Shown here: one piece after another, positions 18,584 to 29,284 of the stretch
Layout of the letters: every line of letters starts with the position of its first letter
Position numbering within the stretch: position 1 is the stretch's first letter
Source: an uncultured Candidatus Saccharibacteria bacterium
GTDB taxonomy: Bacteria; Patescibacteriota; Minisyncoccia; Phycocordibacterales; UBA9973
Reading direction: 5' to 3'
NCBI GenBank assembly: GCA_964591665.1
Contig: CAZQCV010000001.1
Span: 178 to 64,177 of the forward strand
DNA: 64,000 nucleotides
Program-made: the position numbers and the translations under genes
The notes under the pieces: generated by a model
What the model saw: the letters and a program-made list of their open reading frames with translations, nothing else
The model's database searches: none
What the model was told of the DNA's origin: nothing

Positions 18584-20617
18584 CTATTTCTTTTTCTGGT
18601 CTAACTTGGCTTTGAGTGCTTTTATTTCATCACGAAGAATTGCCGCTGTTTCGAAATCGAGAACTTTCACTGATTCTTCCATTTCCTCTTCTTTGAGCCG
18701 TATGAGTTTCTTTGGATCACCCTTAAATACCGCTTCATCAAGCAAAAGGTTCGCTCGAACGGATTTCTCATGTTCATTTTCAAGCTCTTCGGTGATATCA
18801 TGAATCTTTTTAAGAATAGTCTTCGGAGTAATTCCATGTTTTTTATTATATGCAAGTTGTACCGCACGGCGTCGATTCGTCTCATTTATTGCACGTTCCA
18901 TAGAACCAGTGAGTGTATCTGCATACAGGATTACATGACCTTTGACGTTACGAGCGGCACGACCAATAGTCTGGATAAGTGAGGTTTCAGATCGGAGAAA
19001 TCCTTCTTTATCGGCATCAAGTACACCAATAAGCTCAACCTCAGGAAGATCAAGCCCCTCTCGAAGCAGGTTTACACCAACGAGACAATCAAATTCTCCT
19101 TTTCTAAAACTAGTAAGAATCCTGATACGATCGATAGTTTTTATGTCACTGTGTAAATATTCAGATTTCATATTTCTTTCTTTTAGATACGAAGAAAGAT
19201 CTTCTGCCATTTTTTTTGTGAGTGTAGTAGCGAGAACACGACCACCACCACGAATTGTCTTTTCAGCTTGATCAATAAAATCTTGCACTTGTCCAGTATA
19301 AGTACCTTTTGGCACGATTGGCTTCAAAATAATCTCTGGATCGACAAGGCCCGTTGGGCGAATGATCTGCTCTACAATTTGTTTACTTGATTCTTTCTCA
19401 ACAGCGCTCGGTGTTGCAGAAACATAAATAATCTGACCTATTCTGTCTTCAAACTCAGGATATTTAAGAGGCCGGTTATCTTGCGCGCTTGGCAAACGAA
19501 ATCCAAACTCTACAAGTGTTTTCTTTCGAGATGCATCACCTGCATACATACCGTGTAACTGTGGAAGTGTTACATGCGATTCATCGATAAGCGTAAGAAA
19601 CTCAGGAGTTCCATCTTTTCCATGTGGAAAATATGAAAGCAATGTTTCAGGCGGTTCTCCTGCTTTTTTACCAGAGAGGTGTCGAGAATAGTTTTCAATA
19701 CCTGAACAATATCCCATTTCACGTATCATGGCGAGATCATAATTTGTCCGGCGTTTGATACGTTCCGCTTCGAGCAATTTTCCTTCTTTTTCAAATTTTT
19801 TAAGTTGTGCAGCAAGTTCAAGTTTTATTGCTTTGAGTGCAGCTTCTTTTTTATCATCTGCAGTAATAAAGTGTTTTGCTGGAAATATAAAAATATCTTT
19901 TTCTTCTTTAAGAATTTTTGAGGTAATAGGATCGATCTTGAGTATCGCGCTGATCTTTGTTCCAGAAATAACAACCTGATACATAAAGGTTTCAGAAACA
20001 GGCATAATTTCTATTTTACTTCCAAGTGCTCGAAATGTTCCTGGAGTCAGATCAGCATTGGTTCGTTCAAACTGCACCGTAATAAGTCGCTGCATGAGTT
20101 CAAGACGATTCGCGGTATCCCCAACTGAAAGTTTTATATTTGTTTTCTGATACTCTTCAGGGCTACCCAAACCATAGATACACGACACGGACGCGACAAT
20201 GATCACATCATCGCGAGTAAGGAGTGCTTGTGTAGTTGCATGGCGAAGACGATCAATTTCTTTGTTGATCTGTGCATCTTTTTCAATAAACGTATCTGTT
20301 GTTGGCAGATATGCTTCTGGCTGATAGTAGTCATAGTATGAGACGAAGTAATGCACTGCGGCATCTGGAAAAAACTCACGGAACTCTTGAGCAAGTTGTG
20401 CCGCGAGTGTTTTGTTGTGAGCGATTACGAGCGTTGGCTTTCCCCATTCCTGGATGACATTTGCCATCGTAAATGTTTTTCCCGTCCCAGTCGCACCGAG
20501 AAGTGTTTGCTTATCATATCCTTTCTTTAGACCAGAGAGCAAAGATGAAATAGCCTCGGGTTGATCACCTGCGGGTTTATACTCACTTTTTATTTTAAAT
20601 GGAGATTTTTTTGGCAT
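18584..20617 (-). CDS. uvrB: excinuclease ABC subunit B
   Basis: GATGTGKTFTMANVI Walker A, helicase motifs, and the C-terminal UVR domain. Confidence 0.95.
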   Translation of the reverse strand: MPKKSPFKIKSEYKPAGDQPEAISSLLSGLKKGYDKQTLLGATGTGKTFTMANVIQEWGKPTLVIAHNKTLAAQLAQEFREFFPDAAVHYFVSYYDYYQPEAYLPTTDTFIEKDAQINKEIDRLRHATTQALLTRDDVIIVASVSCIYGLGSPEEYQKTNIKLSVGDTANRLELMQRLITVQFERTNADLTPGTFRALGSKIEIMPVSETFMYQVVISGTKISAILKIDPITSKILKEEKDIFIFPAKHFITADDKKEAALKAIKLELAAQLKKFEKEGKLLEAERIKRRTNYDLAMIREMGYCSGIENYSRHLSGKKAGEPPETLLSYFPHGKDGTPEFLTLIDESHVTLPQLHGMYAGDASRKKTLVEFGFRLPSAQDNRPLKYPEFEDRIGQIIYVSATPSAVEKESSKQIVEQIIRPTGLVDPEIILKPIVPKGTYTGQVQDFIDQAEKTIRGGGRVLATTLTKKMAEDLSSYLKERNMKSEYLHSDIKTIDRIRILTSFRKGEFDCLVGVNLLREGLDLPEVELIGVLDADKEGFLRSETSLIQTIGRAARNVKGHVILYADTLTGSMERAINETNRRRAVQLAYNKKHGITPKTILKKIHDITEELENEHEKSVRANLLLDEAVFKGDPKKLIRLKEEEMEESVKVLDFETAAILRDEIKALKAKLDQKKK

Positions 20618-20623
20618 ATTAAA

Positions 20624-20935
20624 TTAATACATAGTACTTCGTATTTCTTCAAGTTTTTTGATGATTTCAGTGTCAGTAATTTTTTGAAAACGAGGAAATG
20701 TCTTTTCGTCTTTTGTGACAGGCTCCATGAATGAGTCATACGGACGTAAATCCCAATGTTTCCCTGCTTTATATACAGAAGATTCATATATAGGACGATA
20801 CATAACCATAGCAGACTCATCGAGTCCATCTATTTCTGTATGATGACCAATACCCATAATTTCATAGGCATAATCATTGATTTCCTTGGCTGGATCATGT
20901 TTGTAATGATAATAAAAACCTTTTTCTATTTCCAT
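20624..20935 (-). CDS. DUF1653 family protein
   Basis: YYHYKHD...YEIMGIGHHTE...VMYRPIY pattern, typical of DUF1653. Confidence 0.5.
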   Translation of the reverse strand: MEIEKGFYYHYKHDPAKEINDYAYEIMGIGHHTEIDGLDESAMVMYRPIYESSVYKAGKHWDLRPYDSFMEPVTKDEKTFPRFQKITDTEIIKKLEEIRSTMY

Positions 20936-20974
20936 ATCTAGAAGTATAGCATACTCGTCAACAAGTCTCCGTGC

Positions 20975-22168
20975 TTACTTATACTGTGCCAAAAACGCAT
21001 CTCTAAATTCAGTAAACGTACCATCTATGAGTGTCTGCCTCATCTGCGCAACAAGGTGATTTATAAAGTACAAATTGTGTACACTTGCAAGTGTACCTGC
21101 TAACATTTCCTTTGCACGGAATAAGTGCGCGAGATATGAACGTGTATAATTTTTACAGGTATAACAAAGACACCCTTCTTGAATTGGACCGTAATCTGTT
21201 TGATATTCACTGTTCATGAGATTAATACGTCCTGTTGGTGTATAGAGTGATCCCGTGCGACCTTGTCGTGTCGGTGCCACGCAGTCAAAAAGATCACAGC
21301 CATATTCTACTGCCATAAACAAATCTCGCGGATCTCCAATGCCGAGCAAATGTCGAGGTTTTTCTTTCGGAAGAATTTCATTTACCCATTTCACAGCTGT
21401 TGCCATATCTTCTTTTGCAAATGATCCACCAATACCAAATCCATCAAAATCCATGCTGCCAATTATTTCTGCACTTTTTTTTCTTAGGTCTTCATATCTT
21501 CCACCTTGGACGATCCCAAAGAGTGCTTGTGTTTTACTTATTTCTTTACTCTTATGATATTCCAAACTTCGTTTCGCCCAAGCATGTGTTCTATCAAGTG
21601 AATCTCGCTGGTATTCATATGATTCTGTAGGAGCAGTACATTCATCAAATGCAAATATAATGTCAGCGCCAAGTGCATGTTGAATTTCCATTGATCGCTC
21701 AGGAGTAAGATAATGCAGTGATCCATCAATGTGTGATTTAAATGACACACCATCATTACCTATTTTTGCAAGTGGCTCAACACCATCGAGCGATCGCTCT
21801 GGAATAAGTAAACTTGGATCCGTAATTTCTAAGACTTTTGAGATACCTTTTCCATATGCAGCACCCAAAGAAAAGACCTGGAACCCCCCTGAATCAGTCA
21901 TGGTCGGACCATGCCAACCCATCATCGGGCCAAACCCACCATGCGCTTTTACGATGTCTATCCCTGGTTGCAAAAACAAATGATATGTATTTGCGAGTAC
22001 CACCTGAGAATTAATACTTGCAAGCATTTCAGGAGTTAGGCCTTTGACCGTACCTTTTGTACCCACGGTCACAAACGCAGGTGTTTTAATCGTCCCGTGA
22101 GATGTGGTAATGATACCCACACGAGCACCAGTTGCTGTATTTTTTTCAATAGAAAAAGAAAAAGACAT
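20975..22168 (-). CDS. tgt: queuine tRNA-ribosyltransferase
   Basis: TIM-barrel Tgt signature with the zinc site CLCYTCKNYTRSYLAHL and the catalytic-Asp region DCVAPTR. Confidence 0.9.
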   Translation of the reverse strand: MSFSFSIEKNTATGARVGIITTSHGTIKTPAFVTVGTKGTVKGLTPEMLASINSQVVLANTYHLFLQPGIDIVKAHGGFGPMMGWHGPTMTDSGGFQVFSLGAAYGKGISKVLEITDPSLLIPERSLDGVEPLAKIGNDGVSFKSHIDGSLHYLTPERSMEIQHALGADIIFAFDECTAPTESYEYQRDSLDRTHAWAKRSLEYHKSKEISKTQALFGIVQGGRYEDLRKKSAEIIGSMDFDGFGIGGSFAKEDMATAVKWVNEILPKEKPRHLLGIGDPRDLFMAVEYGCDLFDCVAPTRQGRTGSLYTPTGRINLMNSEYQTDYGPIQEGCLCYTCKNYTRSYLAHLFRAKEMLAGTLASVHNLYFINHLVAQMRQTLIDGTFTEFRDAFLAQYK

Positions 22169-22170
22169 AG

Positions 22171-22962
22171 TTATTCTGTTTTACGAATAAATACTTCTGT
22201 AAGCTGATTCATGTTTACAGGACTAGTCAGTAATACTTTTTTATATGGATCTCGTGGATCAGAAATTACAGGACCAACCGTCGCAACATAAAAATTTATC
22301 ATACCCGGAAGATACACATGGGTTCCTTGTGTAATCAATGCATCACGAGGAAGTTCTAATTCAAAATTTCCACCACCACGACCAACCAATTCAAAATCGC
22401 CACCACCTTCTTCAAGTCGTACCACTGTTTTTTGTCCAGGCGTCGAAAAGAGTGTAACGATACTCGAAGTATTGAACACTCGGCTTATAGTACCAACAGG
22501 GATATTTCCTTCCGCATACACAAGACTATCTACCAATACACCAGATTCTTTTCCTACATTTATCAAAATAGTGTCATATGGTGTCTGTGAGGGTTTACTA
22601 AGAACAATACCGAGGATATTTCTTGTTATATCTAATTGCCCAAGTGACATTTTTATGCGGGTATTCTCATCGAGCACTAACTTATAGGCGTCTAATTGCA
22701 TACGTAATACTGCGTTCTCTTTCTTGAGTGCTGTATTATTTAATTCAAGTGATTGCTTTGAACGAACATACGAAAAAAAACCAGAAAAGGGATTCGGAAT
22801 ATATGAAATACCTGATGAAATACCACGAATACCATATGAAAATACTTCTCCCAACGGATTTCTGAAACATATAACAATAGCAACAACGAGGAAACATCCT
22901 ACCACATAGACAATCAATTGCCGTATCTTTTTTTGTTTTTCTCTATCTTGGTACGATGTCAT
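22171..22962 (-). CDS. mreC: rod shape-determining protein MreC
   Basis: N-terminal TM and coiled coil then beta-rich domain, immediately downstream of mreB. Start chosen at the internal MTSYQD, which overlaps the mreB 3' end by 20 nt. Confidence 0.7.
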   Translation of the reverse strand: MTSYQDREKQKKIRQLIVYVVGCFLVVAIVICFRNPLGEVFSYGIRGISSGISYIPNPFSGFFSYVRSKQSLELNNTALKKENAVLRMQLDAYKLVLDENTRIKMSLGQLDITRNILGIVLSKPSQTPYDTILINVGKESGVLVDSLVYAEGNIPVGTISRVFNTSSIVTLFSTPGQKTVVRLEEGGGDFELVGRGGGNFELELPRDALITQGTHVYLPGMINFYVATVGPVISDPRDPYKKVLLTSPVNMNQLTEVFIRKTE

Positions 22963-23989
22963 AGTCCTCGGGAACAAGTACTTCTTGGTAATATGTAATA
23001 TCATCGAGCACTATTCCTGCGCCACGTGCGACAGCAGTAAGTGGATCTTCTGCAACAAATACAGGGATTTTAAGCATTGTTTCAAGTAACGTATCAAGTC
23101 CACGAAGCAAAGCACCTCCGCCAGATAGTACAATACCTCGATGCATAACATCACCCACAATTTCTGGAGGTGTAGTTTCTAAGACTTCCTTTACTCCATC
23201 AACAAGAACAAGCACAGAAGGTATAAGAGCTTCGCGAATATCTCCATCAGTCACGATTACTTCTCGTGGCAACCCGGTGACTAAATCGCGTCCTCGCACC
23301 TGTGCTTCCATAAAGTTGCCTGGCAAAACATTTGCAACAGCAAGTTTTACACTTTCAGCAGTTTTTTCTCCAATAAGTAATTTAAATTCGTCCTTAAGAT
23401 AGTTAATGATATCAGTATTGAACTTATCACCTGCAATTTTAATATTTTTTGATCGAACCACACCACCAAGTGATGTTATCGCGATATCAGTTGTACCACC
23501 ACCGATGTCTACAATCATAGAGCCAACTGGGTCTTTAACGGGTAAGTGAATACCGATTGCAGCGGCCATTGGCTCTTCGATAATATACACTTCTCGAGCA
23601 CCTGCAGACTTTGCAGCATCATATACCGCACGAGTCTCAACGTTTGTAATACCAGACGGCACGCCAACAACCACACGTGGTCGAAATAGTTTTTTAGAAA
23701 TTTTTTCAGTTTTATTTATAAGATATGCCAACATTTCTTCAGTTACTTCGTAATCAGAAATAACACCATCTACAATCGGTCGAACTGCTTTAATGTGCCC
23801 AGGTGTGCGTCCAAGCATTTGTTTTGCATCTGCACCAACTGCAACGATCTGCCCTGTTTTCTGATTTACCGCAACCACAGAAGGTTCATTGATAATAATC
23901 CCATGCCCTTTCAGATATACGAGTGTATTAGCGGTACCTAGATCGATACCTATGTCATTTGAGAATAATTTGTAGAGTGCGTTAAACAT
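22943..23989 (-). CDS. mreB: rod shape-determining actin-like protein MreB
   Basis: DLGTANTLVY...DIGGGTTDIA...LSGGGALLRGLD are actin-fold phosphate-1, phosphate-2 and adenosine motifs. Confidence 0.95.
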   Translation of the reverse strand: MFNALYKLFSNDIGIDLGTANTLVYLKGHGIIINEPSVVAVNQKTGQIVAVGADAKQMLGRTPGHIKAVRPIVDGVISDYEVTEEMLAYLINKTEKISKKLFRPRVVVGVPSGITNVETRAVYDAAKSAGAREVYIIEEPMAAAIGIHLPVKDPVGSMIVDIGGGTTDIAITSLGGVVRSKNIKIAGDKFNTDIINYLKDEFKLLIGEKTAESVKLAVANVLPGNFMEAQVRGRDLVTGLPREVIVTDGDIREALIPSVLVLVDGVKEVLETTPPEIVGDVMHRGIVLSGGGALLRGLDTLLETMLKIPVFVAEDPLTAVARGAGIVLDDITYYQEVLVPEDYDIVPR

Positions 23990-23999
23990 ATCAGGAAAT

Positions 24000-25262
24000 T
24001 TATTTATCAGTACTGGTAAAGAAATCTATACATTCAGAAATACTCATAATGCGACTTTCTGGCTCTGTGCGTTTTTTAACTTCAACACCACCAGCTGCAA
24101 GGCTTCGTTCTGACACAACAATACGTGTTGGCATACCAAGTAGGTCAGCATCTGCAAACTTTGCGCCGTTCGAGGTCTCTACACGATCATCAAACAGAAC
24201 TTCAATACCAGCAAGAACGAGATCACTGTAGAGTTTTTCTGCTTGAGTTTTTACTGCTTCGTTATCCCCAAGCGCAAGTACGTGTATCGCAAATGGTGCA
24301 ACTGACTCTGGCCAAACAATACCTTTATCATCTGAAAGTACTTCCACGATGGTACCCATAACACGTCCTGGACCGATTCCATATGAACCCATAAACACAG
24401 GAGTATCGTCGCCGTTTTCTGCTTTATATTTAAGATCTAGTGCATCAGAAAATTTGGTACCTAGTGTAAAGATATTCCCCACTTCAACGGCAGTCTTTGG
24501 CACAAGTTCGTCTTTAGTAACGCCAAGATTGGCGAGCACTTCGTCGGTGTACACTTCTTGGTTAATAGCTATCTTTTTTTCTTCATGCACATAGATAGTG
24601 TCTTCTCCCGCATCCGTAAGCGTCTGAAATTCATGAGAATATTTCGAAAAGCTTCCACCTGAAGCAAATGTGACATACGTAAGATGCCCAAGACCTACTC
24701 GGTCAAAGATATTGATATATGCTTGTTTTGCTTTTTCATAAAACGCATCATGCTCTTCTTGGTCTTTTGAAAAAGAATATAAATCTTTCATGATAAACTC
24801 ACGACAACGCATGATGCCAGACTTTGCACGAGTCTCATTTCTAAACTTTGTTTGAAATTGATACGCAGAAAACGGAAGATCTCGATAGGAAGAAACATAT
24901 GACTTTACTAAATTCGTAAGTGGTTCTTCGTGTGTAAAACCGAGACCGAGTTCACTGCCGCTTGTAAGCGCTGTTTTGAACCAAACATCTACTTTATCGT
25001 CATCCCAACGGTCAGTTTTTTCCCAAAGTGATTTATCTTGCAATGCGGTAAGCGTTAATTCTTGTCCACCAATAGCATTCATTTCTTCACGAATAATTTG
25101 CGTTACTTTATTCAACACACGTAACCCCAACGGTAGATACGCATACACACCCGCCATTTCTTTGTAGATATAACCCCCACGAATAAGTAGTTTGGCGTTC
25201 TTTGAAACCTCGTCTTTTGGGTCTTCTCGCTCGGTTTTGGTAAATAGTTGACTTTGTCGCAT
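24000..25262 (-). CDS. proS: proline--tRNA ligase (compact, no INS editing domain)
   Basis: Class II aaRS motifs plus a C-terminal anticodon-binding domain. 420 aa. Confidence 0.9.
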   Translation of the reverse strand: MRQSQLFTKTEREDPKDEVSKNAKLLIRGGYIYKEMAGVYAYLPLGLRVLNKVTQIIREEMNAIGGQELTLTALQDKSLWEKTDRWDDDKVDVWFKTALTSGSELGLGFTHEEPLTNLVKSYVSSYRDLPFSAYQFQTKFRNETRAKSGIMRCREFIMKDLYSFSKDQEEHDAFYEKAKQAYINIFDRVGLGHLTYVTFASGGSFSKYSHEFQTLTDAGEDTIYVHEEKKIAINQEVYTDEVLANLGVTKDELVPKTAVEVGNIFTLGTKFSDALDLKYKAENGDDTPVFMGSYGIGPGRVMGTIVEVLSDDKGIVWPESVAPFAIHVLALGDNEAVKTQAEKLYSDLVLAGIEVLFDDRVETSNGAKFADADLLGMPTRIVVSERSLAAGGVEVKKRTEPESRIMSISECIDFFTSTDK

Positions 25263-25361
25263 ATGAAGACACTATAGCCCAAAAACGCTTTTTTTACAAA
25301 TAAAAAAATCTTGCCGGTTTTTACAACTTGCAAGATTATATACTGTTTTTTCGATGAATGA

Positions 25362-25766
25362 TTATTCATCAACATACTGATAGTATGCTTGAAAAAATGA
25401 GAAAAACTCTATGAGTGACATGAGAAGGTACGTTACAATATACACAGCGGAAGCCGTAATTAAATAAACATGTGCTGACTCAACTTCAACAAGTAAACAT
25501 ATCGGAATTGATAACGTTGCGTTTATTAAACACATTCGTATAAATCCTTCTTCATAGGGAAACCAATCAGGAAACCAGCTTGCTTTTTGACACACACACC
25601 AAATTAACGAAATCGGTATGAGGACGACATACACATACTTTGTGTAATAGAATTGATACAACAAAAATAGTTGCCAATCTGCTTGTTCTTTTATTGCAAC
25701 GACAATAAAGATTACTGCTGCTACGGCTAACGCAACAGTTCTGAGAATTTTTGATGAATTTTTCAT
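25362..25766 (-). CDS. hypothetical membrane protein
   Basis: Four hydrophobic helices. No motif recognised. Confidence 0.35.
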   Translation of the reverse strand: MKNSSKILRTVALAVAAVIFIVVAIKEQADWQLFLLYQFYYTKYVYVVLIPISLIWCVCQKASWFPDWFPYEEGFIRMCLINATLSIPICLLVEVESAHVYLITASAVYIVTYLLMSLIEFFSFFQAYYQYVDE

Positions 25767-26030
25767 GTGCGGTAATTTTTCTCAACAATAACAGAAAATT
25801 ATATTCTGTCAAAACACTCAAATGATCATATTGCATTTTTTATGATTTTATAGTAGAATCCATATACATTCCGTGAGGAGTTTTTTGTTTAGCCCGAGTT
25901 GCATAAGCACTCTCGGTAAACCCGCTTCTCCTTGTAAATAAGGCTGAAATGCTAAAAAACGGATTGTACGCTACTTTGTAGCATTTATTAATTAACACAT
26001 ACTTTTCAAGTATGTGAGAGAAACAAAATT

Positions 26031-26738
26031 ATGTCAGATTTGACTCTTATTGATGGGCTTTTCAAAGCAGGCTCACACTACGGCTACTCAAAAACACGCC
26101 GTCACCCAAGTACCGCAAAATACATTTATGGTACAAAAAACAAAGTAGATATCATTGATATCGAGAAAACAGCGACAGGTCTCGAAAAGGCACAAGCATT
26201 TTTAAATGAACTTGGCGCAAAAGGCAAGACAGTTCTTTTCGTCGGTGTAAAACCAGAAGCACGAGAGGCAGTTCGCCACAACGCAGAAATCATCGGCATG
26301 CCATTTATTGCAGAACGTTGGGCAGGTGGTGTACTTACTAACTTCCCTGAAATCAAAAAGCGTGTAGCAAAACTCGAAGATCTCCGCACAAAACGTGAAA
26401 ATGGCGATCTTGAAAAATATACAAAAAAAGAGCGTCTCCTCATTGATGAAGAAATTGCTCAAATGCATCGCCTCTTCTCAGGGATTGTTGGCATGAAAAA
26501 ACTTCCAGATGCTCTTGTCATTGTCGACCCAAAACGCGAATACATCGCAGCAGCTGAGGCAGTTCATCTAGGTATTCCTGTTATCGCTATTGCAAATACC
26601 GATAACGATATTAGTACTATTGAATATCCTATCGTTGCAAATGATGGCTCTGTAGCAAGTGTTTCATTTATCTTACAATCACTTGCAAGTGCATACCGTG
26701 CACCAGTGACCACAACAATCGTCAAAGAAGATAACTAG
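26031..26738 (+). CDS. rpsB: 30S ribosomal protein S2
   Basis: Canonical uS2 sequence (LFKAGSHYGY...VLFVGVKPEA...). Confidence 0.95.
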   Translation: MSDLTLIDGLFKAGSHYGYSKTRRHPSTAKYIYGTKNKVDIIDIEKTATGLEKAQAFLNELGAKGKTVLFVGVKPEAREAVRHNAEIIGMPFIAERWAGGVLTNFPEIKKRVAKLEDLRTKRENGDLEKYTKKERLLIDEEIAQMHRLFSGIVGMKKLPDALVIVDPKREYIAAAEAVHLGIPVIAIANTDNDISTIEYPIVANDGSVASVSFILQSLASAYRAPVTTTIVKEDN

Positions 26739-26773
26739 TTCCTTTTTTATTAGTTCATTTCATTAATCTTTTT

Positions 26774-27547
26774 ATGATTACAATAGAACAAGTTAAACAG
26801 CTCCGTGATCAAACAGGTGTATCAATCATGCAGTGTCGTAAAGCCCTTGAAGAAGCAGGTGGCGATATGGAAAAGGCTATCATGATTATGAAGAAAAAAT
26901 CTACAGAAGTCGCTGCAAAGAAAGGTGACCGTGAGGCTCTCCAAGGTATCATCGTAGTCAAAACACTTGCAGACAAAGCAATCATACTCGAACTTAACTG
27001 TGAGACAGACTTCGTAGCAGCAAACAGTGATTTTACTACCCTCGCAACAGCACTCTTGGAGAAAGCTGCTACTGATGGTGTAGACGTTATGCAATCAGCA
27101 GCGGAAGAAATGATAAGTCCAGTAATTCAAAAGATTGGTGAGAATATCAAAATCGGTCGCGTAGAAGTCATCGAAGGCACAACACTTGGTAGTTATGTGC
27201 ACAATGGTAAAGTTGGCGTTGTGGTTAAACTTACAGGCGGCACGACAGAAACCGCAAAAGACATTGCAATGCATATTGCAGCAATGCGACCTGAATACGT
27301 TACAAAAGACGCCATTCCTGCAGATATGATTGAAAAAGCGCGAGAAATGTTTAAAGAAGAAGTCGACAAGTCAGATAAACCAGAAGATATCAAAGCAAAG
27401 ATGCTTGAAGGAAAACTTGCAACATACTTTAAAGAGCAAACCCTCATGGAACAACCATTCATCAAGAACCCTGATATAACTATCGAGAAGCTCTTGGGTT
27501 CACAAAACGCGAAACTTGAAACATACGCATTGTATACTATTGCTTAG
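26774..27547 (+). CDS. tsf: translation elongation factor Ts
   Basis: UBA-like N-terminus (VKQLRDQTGVSIMQCRKALEEAGGDMEKAI) plus the EF-Ts core. rpsB-tsf is a conserved pair. Confidence 0.9.
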   Translation: MITIEQVKQLRDQTGVSIMQCRKALEEAGGDMEKAIMIMKKKSTEVAAKKGDREALQGIIVVKTLADKAIILELNCETDFVAANSDFTTLATALLEKAATDGVDVMQSAAEEMISPVIQKIGENIKIGRVEVIEGTTLGSYVHNGKVGVVVKLTGGTTETAKDIAMHIAAMRPEYVTKDAIPADMIEKAREMFKEEVDKSDKPEDIKAKMLEGKLATYFKEQTLMEQPFIKNPDITIEKLLGSQNAKLETYALYTIA

Positions 27548-27558
27548 GAAGAACATTT

Positions 27559-27948
27559 ATGACACTTACTTTCATCATTATAATAGTGTCCGGACTGTGC
27601 ATACTTGGTGGACTCTTTGGCTACCAAGTATGGGCAATTCGTAAAGGAAACGTAAATCATAGGGAGATTGACCATCAACAAGAGAATCCCCTTTCTCATA
27701 TAAACACTGCTCGTACCAGTTACACAATTCGACAAACTCTTGAACATACTTGGCATGTTGTCGTCTTATATACAACAGGAATACTCATGTGGACAATACG
27801 GTTGATCGAAAAACAACTTCGTGCTATAGTGTACCGTACATACGATAAGTTACACGGAGTAAAGGCTTCTGCTGAGAAAGCTCGAACACTTTCACGCCAA
27901 AAACGTAAATTACTTCAAGGAGTAGACATCGTAAAAAAAGAAGAGTAA
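27559..27948 (+). CDS. hypothetical membrane protein
   Basis: N-terminal TM helix. No motif recognised. Confidence 0.35.
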   Translation: MTLTFIIIIVSGLCILGGLFGYQVWAIRKGNVNHREIDHQQENPLSHINTARTSYTIRQTLEHTWHVVVLYTTGILMWTIRLIEKQLRAIVYRTYDKLHGVKASAEKARTLSRQKRKLLQGVDIVKKEE

Positions 27949-27960
27949 GAGTACTCAAAT

Positions 27961-28033
27961 GCCGCTTTAGCTCAGTTGGTAGAGCAACGCTTTTGTAAAG
28001 CGAAGGTCCTCGGTTCAAGTCCGAGAAGCGGCT
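27961..28033 (+). tRNA. tRNA-Thr (anticodon UGU)
   Basis: Cloverleaf GCCGCTT/TA/GCTC-AGTTGGTA-GAGC/A/ACGCT-TTTGTAA-AGCGA/AGGTC/CTCGG-TTCAAGT-CCGAG/AAGCGGC/T. CCA is not fully encoded. Confidence 0.8.
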
Positions 28034-28044
28034 CCCGAATAAAA

Positions 28045-28075
28045 AAGACATCCTAAACTTGGATGTCTTTTTTAT
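28045..28075 (+). terminator. rho-independent terminator downstream of tRNA-Thr
   Basis: Stem aagacatcc/ggatgtctt, loop taaactt, then a T-run. Confidence 0.55.
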
Positions 28076-28093
28076 TGCTGAGAATGTCGTATC

Positions 28094-28540
28094 TTACCAG
28101 CCACCATAACTGTTACCACCTGCGCCTGGTTTTTTCAATTTTGCTTGCTGTTCTTCACGTTCAGCTTGGGAATACTCTCTATCATATTCATCATACTTCC
28201 TCTTAGTTTCGTTTACCTTTATATCAAGAGAACGAATATCTGATTCAATTTTTTGCATATCTCGAGTCACATTTTCGAAATCACGTTTTTTACCTTCCAT
28301 TGAACGTATATCTACCTTAAGTCTCTCAATATCACGTGTGAGGGTTTGAATCTCTCGTTCTTTTGTACTCAATTCACGTTCTTTACTATCAAGATCTCTG
28401 AACTCTGTCTTAAGACGATCTGCATCTCGTTTTTTTGCTTCTAGATCCCGTTTAGCATCATCGCGATCACGGACCGCTGTCTCGTTCGCGATACGAGCAT
28501 GATCACGCTCGCCTTTTATAAAAGATAGATTTGCTGTCAT
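28094..28540 (-). CDS. highly charged coiled-coil / single-alpha-helix-like protein with C-terminal GAGGNSYGGW tail
   Basis: 148 aa dominated by E/R/K/D heptads (RDRDDAKRDLEAKKRDADRLKTEFRDLDSKERELSTKEREIQ...). Confidence 0.45.
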   Translation of the reverse strand: MTANLSFIKGERDHARIANETAVRDRDDAKRDLEAKKRDADRLKTEFRDLDSKERELSTKEREIQTLTRDIERLKVDIRSMEGKKRDFENVTRDMQKIESDIRSLDIKVNETKRKYDEYDREYSQAEREEQQAKLKKPGAGGNSYGGW

Positions 28541-28549
28541 ATAGTACTA

Positions 28550-29275
28550 TTATTTAGTTACTTTTTTAGTATCGACTGGTTTATTTGTGGTAACATTTTC
28601 TGCTTTTGCTTTTGCTTCAGCCTCTGCTTCTGCAGCTTTTACTACATCGGGAATCTGTTTTTCAATATCTTCAAGTGATTGAAATCCAGTATATATCTTT
28701 TCATCATTTATAATGATAGCAGGAAGCTTTGTATCTTCAATTTTATAAAGACCAACAAGAGCCTTGAGTGCGGAAACGTCTACATTGTAATCAAATGAGT
28801 ACACACGGAGATTTGGATATTTCTGACGAAGTGTTGTGAGGACATATCCTTGACGAGTACACTCACTACAGTTATCAGCTGTTGTATAAATATAAATAAT
28901 TGAGGTCATTGGCTTATTGCAACGTTCGGTAATTTTCCGAACAAGCAAAAAGTCTTTTATTTGGAGCAATGTGTAATATTTCTTTAAACGCAAAACCTCT
29001 TCTTTATTGTTAATGTTCTTTTCACTATATTCTACTTTTTCTGCAATAGAGTTAAGTTCTTGAGAAAGCGTATTCTGTCCCACTTCCCTACAAGAAAGTT
29101 CTGAGAGGAGCGAAAACTGAGTCTCTGAAGACATAATATCAAGCGCGATAGAATCCTGCGTCTCTTTAAGACTTGAGAGCTTTTGATTAGTGATATATCG
29201 AGAAAAAAGCACCGCGGTACCAAAGATAGCAAGTGTAATAAATAGTGATAAAATATAATTTTTCCATTGCATCAT
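28550..29275 (-). CDS. membrane-anchored thioredoxin/glutaredoxin-like protein (CxxC)
   Basis: N-terminal TM, a CSEC motif, then LPAIIINDEKIYTGF typical of the thioredoxin fold, and a C-terminal AEAEAEAKAKAE linker. Confidence 0.5.
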   Translation of the reverse strand: MMQWKNYILSLFITLAIFGTAVLFSRYITNQKLSSLKETQDSIALDIMSSETQFSLLSELSCREVGQNTLSQELNSIAEKVEYSEKNINNKEEVLRLKKYYTLLQIKDFLLVRKITERCNKPMTSIIYIYTTADNCSECTRQGYVLTTLRQKYPNLRVYSFDYNVDVSALKALVGLYKIEDTKLPAIIINDEKIYTGFQSLEDIEKQIPDVVKAAEAEAEAKAKAENVTTNKPVDTKKVTK

Positions 29276-29284
29276 AATGATTGA

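Noticed and set aside
25860-26030. Possible structured leader upstream of rpsB
   Set aside because: S2 autoregulatory leaders exist in some bacteria. No convincing conserved pseudoknot or stem was identified by eye here.
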